Notes under the pieces: model-generated
The model's database searches: none
The model's input: only the letters and a program-made list of their open reading frames with translations
What the model was told of the DNA's origin: nothing
Shown here: positions 10,613-21,700 of the stretch, piece after piece
How the letters are laid out: every line of letters starts with the position of its first letter
How positions within the stretch are numbered: the first letter of the stretch is position 1
Program-made: the position numbers and the translations under genes
Source: Naegleria gruberi
Taxonomy: Eukaryota
DNA: 64,000 nt
Direction: 5' to 3' (one strand)
NCBI GenBank assembly: GCA_000004985.1
Contig: GG738912.1

Positions 10613-12228
10613 GGGAGGAATTTCATAACAGAGGAGAACACGCAAAAGGCTTTGATTGTTTTTGTAAAGGTTATGAAATACACAAATCCAGCGAGTTGGA
10701 GCATGCAATTGGTTGTTGTTATACATTCGGATTGGGAGTTGAAAAGGATTATTCTAAAGCAAGGGAATGGTATTTGAAAGCTGCTGAAAAGGGATTTGCA
10801 AATTCACAAAATAATCTTGGTATGATATATGAAAATGGATTAACTGTTGAAAAGGACTTGGCTGAAGCACTGGAATGGTATTTGAAAGCTGGTGAAAATG
10901 GTGATCTAACTGCTCAAGTAAATCTTGCTCGGCTCTACCGTGACGGTGAGGGAGTTGAACAAGATTATTTGAAATCATTCGAATGGAATATGAAAGCTGC
11001 TGAAGCTGGGGATGCAGAAGCTCAAGTTCACATTGGCTATGCATATGATAAGGGTCTAGGAGTTGAACAAGATTTTTCGAAATCATTCGAATGGAATTTG
11101 AAAGGAGCAGAAAATGGGAGCCTAGATGGTCAATTTAATGTTGGACTTTTATTGGAACTGGGGGATGGAGTTGAAAAAAACATCAAGAAATCTGTGTTTT
11201 GGAAATCAAAGTGTTTTAATAGGTCAAAATGTTTTGACTTTGTAGAAGAACCTTACGAGCAGTTTGCTATGCAATATTTTACATCAAATACTGAGGATTG
11301 GAATCAATCCTCACCAAATAGTGACAAAGAACACGTAGTCGTACGATTTGAAGAGAAGGATTTCACACTTTCACAAAAGCATTTAAAGCATTCAAAATAT
11401 TTATCAACCATGATGAATTCAAATTGGAAAGATTTCAATGTCAAAGAGAAAAACCGAACCATACTTGATTTGAGAACCATTCAAAATGATATATTTCAAG
11501 AACAAACAGATATCATTCAAATATTTAATAATTATGTGAACTACTTAACAAATGAAATATTACCACCAGATTTTGACATGAAATTGAAATTAATTGAACT
11601 GTCAAGATATTTACAAGATGACGGATGTATATTGAATATTGTCAAAGAAGCAAGTATTCTGCAGAGATTTTACATTCTTTTGATATTAGAAATTATTGTT
11701 GAACCTATTCACATTGCAATTACTAGTTGTTTTGCAGCAGAAACTAAATTTAAAATCAATGATCTCTCAGAAAATGTTATTGAAAAATTACTCACTCAGT
11801 CTGGCCTATCTCAACATGGAAAGGACGAGATTTATAATGTATTTAAAGAAAAATTCAATGGATATCCTATAGCAATCAGTAAGTTGATCTATATTCAATT
11901 CTAATTTTTCCAACTTAATTTAGATATGAATATTCTTCATGTAACATTTTCAACGCTTAAAGAGAAGAAACTAATTCATTTCAATCAAGAACAAGTCGAA
12001 TTTTCTTTGGAATTGGGTAAAGATATCGATAACACTATTTTCAATATCAACAGCTCGCATGATGTTCAATTCTTTGGAAAGAATGCCAAGTTATATATCC
12101 AGATATCGAGTAGTGTTGATGGAGTATATGGATTTTGGTTGGATAACAGTTCTGAAAAAGGAAAAACTATTTTCATTTTACCTGAGATTAACTTTGAGGC
12201 ACTTAACTTGATTATAATGACTACATAA
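10613..12228 (+). CDS. Sel1-repeat + BTB/POZ domain protein; multi-exon with the 5' exon not located
   Basis: Sel1 repeats (AEKGFANSQNNLGMIYENG…, GDAEAQVHIGYAYDKG…) are followed by a BTB-like block (EHVVVRFEEKDFTLSQKHLKHSKYLSTMMNS). The frame is open from a TTTTAG acceptor at 10612 with no in-frame ATG before it, so an upstream exon is implied. Intron 11879-11924 (GTAAGT..AATTTAG) joins ORF 10696-11904 to ORF 11926-12228. Confidence 0.55.
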
Positions 12229-12286
12229 TAAGGCCAGTTATTAAGGTGTGTTTGGGGTTTATTTTCATTATGTTTTTGTAATTATT

Positions 12287-12613
12287 TCACACTTGTTGAG
12301 ATTTAGTGATTCGCAACCATCGAATGAGTTCTAAATTCTCAAGTACAGGGCTTTGACTGCTCCAATATCCACCATTTACTATTTCTTCTGTACAGGGCAT
12401 CCAAAATATCTCATCAGGAGACCAAAACCATCCATTGGTATCCATTTTTTTGAAATATATTGGGCTTACAAAGATGCTATCAACTTTGTGAATGAAAACT
12501 CCATCTGGTCTGTGAGGACGATTGGAAAAGACATCTACAATGAATTGAAATTGAGTGGCAGACCATCTCTTAGAGAATAATGCAGTCAATATCAAATATC
12601 CAACAAGCTCCAT
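12287..12613 (-). CDS. small putative secreted protein (108 aa)
   Basis: N-terminal MELVGYLILTALFS is hydrophobic; ORF bounded by AT-rich spacers; no homology recognised. Confidence 0.35.
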   Translation of the reverse strand: MELVGYLILTALFSKRWSATQFQFIVDVFSNRPHRPDGVFIHKVDSIFVSPIYFKKMDTNGWFWSPDEIFWMPCTEEIVNGGYWSSQSPVLENLELIRWLRITKSQQV

Positions 12614-12792
12614 TTTTTTTAAGATAAAATACCGGCTGGACTGGGTTAATGGAATGGAAATATATAAGGAAATAGATATAAATACACATGATGTACAATC
12701 ACTCTACTAGTGCAATAGGTAGAAAAATGTATTTGATGGATGTAAGATCACTGAAATAAAGAATCTGATAGTTCAAAAACAGTATCTGAGCT

Positions 12793-15700
12793 TTACTTTT
12801 TATTGAGCAATGAAAGCGAGGATAAAAGGGCAACACCAGTTTTTCTTTCCTCTCCGTATTTGAATTGTCTAGTTACAAGGTTGAGTCGTTGATGGAATTG
12901 TGACTTGAGGACAGCTCGTTGTTTGGCAGTGAGGAATCTTCTTCCAATTGCTTGAATTGTTGTGGTAGATGATAAAGTTTGTTCAGAAAATTGAGTGGTC
13001 TGTTTTCTTGTAAAGGAACCTCGCAGCAAACCTTGGATAGTTTGTAAATTCTCATTCTTGATGCTTAATTCAACTCTCGTTCTTGATCCCTCAATTGCTG
13101 ATCGAATAGTGAACACCTTATCCGTTATACTCTTGAGTGATTTGGCTTGTTGAATTTGTCTGACTCGGGCTTGCAATAGCGAAATACTACTCAGAGCAAA
13201 TTCAAATTCATTCCTCTTATTGTGACACATAAAGAGAAGAGCGACAGTGTTAGATAACTCCTTCATATCAGTGAGACTCCCTCTCGTTTCATGACCATAA
13301 TACAAGCTCTGAAGATAGTTGGCAGAGTCAGAGACAGTTCTGAAATCTTCATTGACAAATCGTCCTCTAATAATACTCTGCAATGCGTTAATATATTGAA
13401 TGTTGGTATTAAGATCTCTGATTGCAATCTGTTGTTGCATGAGTGATTGAATGGATTCTGTGAGTATTTGCATTTTTTTGAATTCTTGTCTTGTTTGATT
13501 GGCTCTGTAGAGGGCAATGATCATATTTCTAGAATCGAGTAGAGAATCTCTGTCCTCATTAAAAGATCTTTTCACTAGGTTTGACCTGAAAAAGGTCTGA
13601 ATGACAATTAGTCCGCTCATTTTCATATCTCTTTGTTTGAGAGTTGTGAAAGTTCTCACCCTTGATTGAAAGATTTTCATATCTTTCTTTTTCTGATATG
13701 TTTTGAGAATGGTAGTCTTTCTTTCCAATAAGGATTGTAAAACAGTGGCCAGAGTGATAGACTTGCTAAAAGATCTTCTTGCAAGTTGCGATTTGAAGAG
13801 AGCTTGAATGATAGCAATATTTTCTCTGGTTTTTTCAATTCTTCTTTCTTCAGACATTCTATGGACAATAGATTGAATTGTTTTGATGGATTCGGTTGTG
13901 GTGGACGATTGTCTCCTGGTAGAAATTCCATGTAAGCGAGTTGTGACAATTTGAACTTTGGTCATAGAATTTGCATATTGTTTTCTAACTAGACTGGAAC
14001 TCATGAAGGTTGAAATTAAATCCATTTGAGAGGATATTCTTTCGAAAGTCTTCAATGCTAGTTGTTTTCTGCACAAGGACTGAATGTGAGTGAGAGAATT
14101 GATAACTTCTTCTCTACTGGTTCTCGCAGAATATCCTCTTGATGCAGCTTGGAGAGTACCAACACGTTGTAATTGATTTTCATGATTTTTCCTATCTGTA
14201 TTTCCTCTGGCAGCATTTTGAATTATAGTAATTGAATAGTATCTCCTTTCGTTTTGGTATTCTTGTTGAATTGAACGGCTTCTACAGACAGCTTGTAAAT
14301 TAAGAATATGCTTTTCGATACGTGATCTTGTGGAGAGTTGAATGAACCCCTTAGCAAATGATGTGAAAATCTGCAATCTCTCCTGTTCAAGGGTGGTTGC
14401 ATTTCTTTGACTTATGCCATTCCATAAAGATTGAAGTAAAATGACTTGATTGATAGAAGTAGCTTTTTCGTCTTTGGCTTGTTTTCTTCTTAATAGTGAT
14501 TGAAGAGCACTAACGTCTTGAATAGCTTCAGCATTTTCCCTACGTTTGTATTTACCTTGAAAAGCTGCTTGGATGGTGACTAAATCATGTTGAGCTCTTT
14601 CATAACCAGATCTCACAAGGACTCCTTTGGCAAGAGCATGTACATACTTGGTAAATGTTTGGAGTGCATGTATGTTTGATCTTTCCTTGTTTGCTCTCAC
14701 TAATGCTTGAATCATTTGAGTGGCATTCCTATCAATAGGAGAATAATTGTTCTTTTTAGATGATTTGTTTCTAATCAAAGCTTGCAAGACAATAATCTTG
14801 TTAAGGGTTTGATTTTTCAACATGTTGATATTTCTAGAATTAGCCAGTGCTTGTAGAGAAATTAAATCTGAAATGTGTTGCTTTCTGCTCTGTTCTTCAG
14901 CTTTTCTCCTTACCAATGCTTGCAATACTATGATACCAGAACAATCCATGTGAGTCGTGCTTCCTCTTAAAAAGGCTTGAATTATTGTTATATTTTCTAG
15001 TTGCTTTGATTCTATGTTTTGCATTGCAGAGGATCTACATCTAGCTTGTATTGCTAATACTGCATTCTTGGATATTTCAAACTCTGCTCTTGTAAATCTA
15101 TTTCTGATTAGTGACTGGATAATTTCAATATTGTTTAAGGAGTTTTTTACCAATAGTCTGGTCTTATTTCCTCTAAGGAAGGCACAAACCATTGAACTTG
15201 AACTAGTTTGTTTATCCAATTTCTTTTGTACTATTTTTGATCTTATTAATGATTCCAAAGTTTCCAATCTTTTCAAATCCAATTTCATCTTGGCAGCTTC
15301 AGATGATTTCCTAATAGTACTTTGAAGATTGGTAACAAATGCCATGCTGGTTTGAGCTAGTCTTCTTTCCATGCCTGATTGTATTAATGCATGAATAAGA
15401 TGAACACTCTCAATAGGGGATGCATGTTCAGTCCTTTCCTTGTGAGAAATTATTAAATTTTGTATCATGGAGACTGCTTCAAGTTGGTTAAGTTTGCTGG
15501 CAACTGTTGAGCTTGATCTAAAAGCAGATTGAATGGTAATAATTTGATTCTGCATGCGATTTCTACTAGTTCTTTCTGTATTACCTTGTAGCAAGGCATG
15601 CAATAGATTCACTCCACCTCTAATTTTTTGTTCATTAAACTTCCTGATAGTGGCTTGAGCAACAACCAACTTTTGAATATAAACCCTGCCATGGGAATTG

Positions 15701-18700
15701 TTCCTAACAATATGTCCTCTAATAAGAGCTTGCAAACTTGAAATTCGCTGCTTTTCACTCTCCAAACTAGCAGACACAAGGTTGGATCTTGCTGCTGATT
15801 GTATAATTTGAATTTGTTCCATCAATTTAAGCTTGACTTCTCTTTCTATGCATCCTTGGTTTAGTGTTTGAACAATTGTGGCAACATCTCTAAAAGCAGA
15901 CATTTGGAGCTTTTCAACCAGAGATTTTCCAAGTGATTGAAAGGTCAAAATAGCATCTTTTTGTCTACCATCGTTGACCCTTGTAAAGTGGCCAACTACA
16001 GCGCTTTGTATTATCTTGGTATTTCTGATTGCCTTCTCGGTTTCCCTACATTTCAAGAATCTCCTGACCAAAGATTGCATTATTTCCACCAAGTCCCTTG
16101 TTAAGTAAAAGGTTTGCCTTAATGATCTACCTTTAAAAAAAGATGCAAGGGTATTACTATCCTCAAAACGGTTCCTTACCAGAGCTGACTGTAACAAGGT
16201 TGAAATAATATCTATTTTGGACTTTTCTTGTTCCGCTAATCGCCTTGTGTTGAATGACCTAGCACTCAATGAAAGGATAGAAATCATGTCCAAATGAGCT
16301 TGTTTGCTTGTCATTACATGTTTTCCTCTGATTGCACTCTGAATTACAAGCACTTTGGTTAATTGATACATGTCCACATGGTTATTTCCACGTCCTCTGA
16401 AGAAGGCCTGAATATTAGTGATACTATCATGTACATGTGAAAAATTCTTCCTTTCCAAATATCCTCTAATGAGAGCTTGCTGAGTGTTGATGTGGTTTTT
16501 GGTAGGTTGTAGATTTTTTCTCTCATCTCTTCCTCTCATGCTAGATTGCAAATTGATGATGTAAATTGTGTACTGTTCATGTTGTGCACGTAGCGTGTGA
16601 GAAAGAATGAGAGATTGTAAAATCTTGATGTTGTTGATGCATGTTTCCGATTGTTTTCTATTGATGTATGCTCTTCCGAATGTTTCAACTAAAAGAGAAG
16701 AGTCAATCAAGTCCTGATGTTCCTTCAACTTTGCATGTCCTCTTACCACAGCTTGAACATATTTGGTGTTGTTTGAAAGGGTTGAAAGGTGAGCCTTTTC
16801 CAATTTGCTTCTTATACGAGCTTGTAAAGTTTTGATCTTGTTCAATTCATTGATGAAATCTCCTCTACAGAAAGAGGATTGTAAAAAACCTTGTACGATT
16901 TGAACATTTTCTACATTTTCAATAAATTTGTTCTCTGTCAATTGTCTTCGGGAAAGTGATTGAATAACAGTAACATATTCATTAACACTGCTTTCTATTT
17001 TCCTGGCTATAAAACCACGTACCGAAGCTTGAAGAGTCAAAATGTTATAGTGGTTATGTCTAAAGGATTTGATTTCATTCTTTTTACGAATGTTGGATTG
17101 CACCAACAATACGTTATTCATTTGTTTCTCTTGTTCTTGAGTTATTAAAAAGGTCTTGACTCTTGCCTGAAGAGTTATTATTAAACTCTTATTTTGTGAA
17201 AATTCCTTTCGTGCAAAGTTTCCAAATAAAACAGATTGGGTATTCACTAAATCTTCTCTTCTGGCAGATAAATCTTTTCTTGTGAGATAAGATCTAGCTG
17301 CAGTTTGAATCATTCTCAAGTTCGCAACACTGTTTCTAAACAAGCATCTTGTTTCGAATGTCCTTAAAAGTGCCTGAGTAAAACAGATTCTAATTAGTTC
17401 ATTCTTATGCTCCAAACGTTGCACATGACCTTTCATGAGAGAACCTAATATATTTGAGCTTTCAGTTGTGTGTTTAACAAGTTGATTTTCAATTTTTCCT
17501 TGATATAATGTTTGAATTTGATGGGCCAAATTAATTTTAACTTGAAAACCACGTCTAGTCTGTACGCCTCGCAGCCATGATTGTATAGTCGAAACCTTTC
17601 GTTGAGTTTGGTGCATCAATGAACGGTTTAGCTTCCCTGAGAAAGACGCTTGAATACTATTGATGGCATTAATTCGATGCTTCAAATCAATTCTTCCCAA
17701 ATGTCCCTTGATTGAATGCTGTAAAGTTTGAACAGCATTTTGCAAGGAATGCTTATTTACTTGCTCCAATGTGCCTCTTGCTCTTGACTGAATTAGATGG
17801 GCAGCATTTCTCGTATCATAAAATTTCATCTGTCCACTGTGGCCACGAGCCAAAGAGGTCAAGAGAAGTGCCTTATCTAAATCCGTGCAAGCTTGCGAAG
17901 CGGTATTAATGCTCCTTAATAGAGTTTGAAGAAGCAACACACCCTTTTTAAGATCTGTATATTCCTTCCTTCTTGCGACAGCGTCAATTAAAGTTTGTAG
18001 GACAAGCACGTCCGATTTATACCTTTGGACTACCTTTTGTTGTTCTAGTCCACGACCATTGGCTTGAAGAAGGGAAGCAACTTGCACATATTGAGATAGG
18101 TCCTTTCTTACAAATAAAGATCTTGAAACAGGTTGAACAAGGATAGCAACGTGTTTCTTCTTTTTAAAGTCTAGGAATACCTTTCTTGCACAACAAACAG
18201 ATTGAATTAAAGTGGATGCATTCAACGCTGAATCTTTGAATTTCTGAATCAATTTGGCTCTTATAAGCGATTGTACAAGTGTAATTCTATTACATTGTTC
18301 TTTAAAGGTTGTACGAGCATTGAAACCCCTGATTGCACTATCCATAATCAAACATTTTGAATTCAAAGATTTTCTGTTTCGGTATTCGATAAATCTTCTG
18401 GAAAGCGTTTGAATGGTAGTAATGTCATTGATTAGATGGTTCAAATTGGATTGGCATTGCTTGACCCTTATCAAGGTCTGTATTGCTTGGATATTAGAAA
18501 TTTCCTTAGAGGAGTCTTGTTTCAAAAGTATTCTCCTGATCAATGCCTGAAGTAATGGAATGGATTCACTAGTGGTTTGATATTTCTTTCTCTGATTGCA
18601 TCCTAGTATCGTAGATTGAATTACTTTGATATTTTCCATAGAAAGAGTAAAGCATTTAGCTTGTTGTCCAGCTCTGAATAATCCTTGGATTACTACAGCA

Positions 18701-21700
18701 GAGTCCAAACTTGTTGTGAGATTAGTTCTTTCCAATCTTCCAACTAATGCTGCATTGAATAGATGAGCCAAATTTCGGAGCAATTGCAGGTTTTTCCTAC
18801 TAACATTAGAAGACATCATAGCTTGCAAAACCTCAATTGAGGAGGAGAAGATTACCATTTCCTGCCTGTCAGAAGAACCCTTGATGGATGCTTGCAGAGT
18901 GAGTAAAAAATTCTCCAATTGGCTCACTTCCTTCATTGCTGCTCTTCCTCTAACAAGACTTTGAAGCAATATTATCCTACTTGTCAAAACCGAACGAGAA
19001 TGTTTAACTGATAATGCCTTGGAAAGAGCTGTAAATATTTCGGATCTATCCAATTCGAATCTATAAATTTGTCCTTCTCCTTTGCCTCTGCAAAAGCTTT
19101 GCATTATCTGTATGGCTTCCTTCTTCGATTGTAAATCTTTTTGCTTATGATGTCTCCTTACAAGTGACTGTAAAGTAATGATTTGTTGAATATTGTGTCT
19201 TGTGAAGGAGACTAATAATCTAGACCTTGAAATAGACTGAAGAATTACAATTTGTTGAATATTCTTTGCAAAACAACCTCTTTCAAGTTTTGATCTGGAG
19301 AGCGATTGAATACATTCCAAGTTCAACTTGTTAGAATTGAAATCTTCTTGTTGGTATCTTCTTCTGTGCCAAGTTTGAACGGTGAGAGCAGTAACCCTCA
19401 TCAGATTGAATGTCTCTCTGATTCTATTAGACTCGCACAACACTGCAATGTTTGAAAGGGCTTGAGTCCTGAACACCTCAAAGGCAAAGAGTGAACAAAC
19501 TCTAATTAACTCTGCATCCTCGACAAGTCTTTGGTCTTCCATGATTTCGTCCTCCTCTCCAAAATAAGGTCTCATTCTCGGTATTTCACAATTGTCAGGA
19601 TAGCAATCATAATTAAATCTAACTACAGCCTCCATGAACTCGATAATGAAAAGTGGAATATACTTGAAATCAAGTGGGAATAGCCGTATTTCGTTCAAGT
19701 ATGGGAAGAGTTGTACTTGAACCCATATCAACAAAAGGGGAACCGTAGATTTTGCATCTTCTTCTACCACCTCATCTACCTTTTTGCTTGTTGTCGAATA
19801 GTAATGTTCATTCATTTTGGTGAGAACGGATTTAAGTTTTTCTCCATCATAGTGAACCAGTAGAGCTTCGTGGAAAATGTGTGAGAGAGGGTGTTCATCT
19901 CCAATTTTCATCAATGACTTGTAATTTTCCACATACTTTTCTGCATCTTCGATTGATATCTTTTCAGAAATCAAGTCAACTATACCTCTAACATTATCAC
20001 CTCTAGGATCTAATTTTTCAATTTCCTTTCTCAAAATTGCTGGGGTTAGTTTGGATTTAATCTTATCCAAAGAAGTAGGTTCCTCTGGGAATTGTATTCC
20101 TTCTTCATCTGAAATTTTTTCAATTTCCGATTGGTCTGATGATGACTCTCTGCCATGTCTCTTCAGTGGAGGTTCTTCATAATTTGCCAGAGATTCTAAG
20201 GATGTAACCTTAGCCATATCAGTGGATGTTGGTGTTGAAGGAGTTTTTGCCTTTTTGGCAAACTTGTTGAAAAAACTTTTGATTTTTTCACTTTTTGTCT
20301 TTTTTCTTTCTAATAGTTGACTACTTGTCAATGCTATTTGCGTATTACTATATGTTGATTCATCATCATCAAGTGTATCCAAACTCTGTCCTACAGAACG
20401 GCTGAAATTATTGTTTCTTGCTGGTGCTGATGCAACAGAAAATGCAGTGAAATTACTGTGAGAAGAAATTGTATCAAAAAGATCATCCCTTTCCACAGAT
20501 CCCTTCCCATCCATTAGACTGATTTTAAATGATTTGGATATATTCATGGCTTGAGATCTTCTGACTGGACTCTTTGGAGTTGTTGAGCCAGAAGCTTTTT
20601 CAGCCAGCTCTGAAAAATTGACACCCTTTCTTCTTTTCTGAGACAAATCTTTGTGTACTCCATTAAATTCTGTCAACTTGACTAGAACTTCACTCACCTC
20701 ACTATTAACATGAGAATGGGTTGTGGTTGTACTTATTTGAGAGGCAAAGGTGTGAGTATATTGTGAATATTGAGATTCTTCTGGTGATACAGGTGTTGCT
20801 GTTTCCTTCTTTTTTCTTTTTAATTTTGTAATTATGGAAGGCAACTTTCCTAGTAGAGATTTTGATCTTCCTTTCGTGGTTTCCTTTGTTATTGGAACTA
20901 CTATAGAGGGAACAACAACTAGAGGTCCTTGAAAATTATTGTTTGCTGATGCTGATGTATTACTGGTACCAGTATGATTAGGTGTATTTCCACTAGAAAT
21001 ATCCGATGTATTCATATCATCAAAATCATTGTCAGATTCATTCTCCTCTCCTTGCATATCATTCTCTGTAATATCATCAAATGATGCTCCATACACTCTA
21101 TTGCCATGTTGAACATTTTGAGTTGATGGTGTAATGCTGGATGCACTTGGTGGTGGTGAGGGTCTTCCTCTTGGTGAAAATTCATTCCTTGGAGAACGAC
21201 CATTTGGCATGATTGACCTAGGTGATAATAAGTTACCTCCTCTCGGAGTGTATAAATTGTGAGCTAGTGAATGTGATCGATGTGTACGACCACCACTCTT
21301 GGATGAAGATGTTGTAGATGCAAGTGAACTCTTATTTGAATTATTTCTAAATCTACCAACAGGTCTATTCTGTACAGGTGGTTTACTAATTACTATGGCT
21401 ACAGGTGTGGAGGAATTAATTGATGGTGAATTATCGCTATTATTGTTGGTTTGTTTACTCGATGTTACTAAATTATTCGAATAGATTATTACTCCTCCTC
21501 CATTAGTTGAAGAAGTACTTGTTCCATTCTGATTATTAGGTATTTGTCTATAGAAGGAAGAAGATGAATGTAGGGATGTATTGCTATTATTGTTACTATT
21601 ATTGAAAAGGGATGCTGGATTGGAATTTTGAATGGCAGAAAGTTTTAACTGGGGAATGACAGCAGGTACTCTTTTCGAGGAAGTAGAAGAGAAGGTAGAT

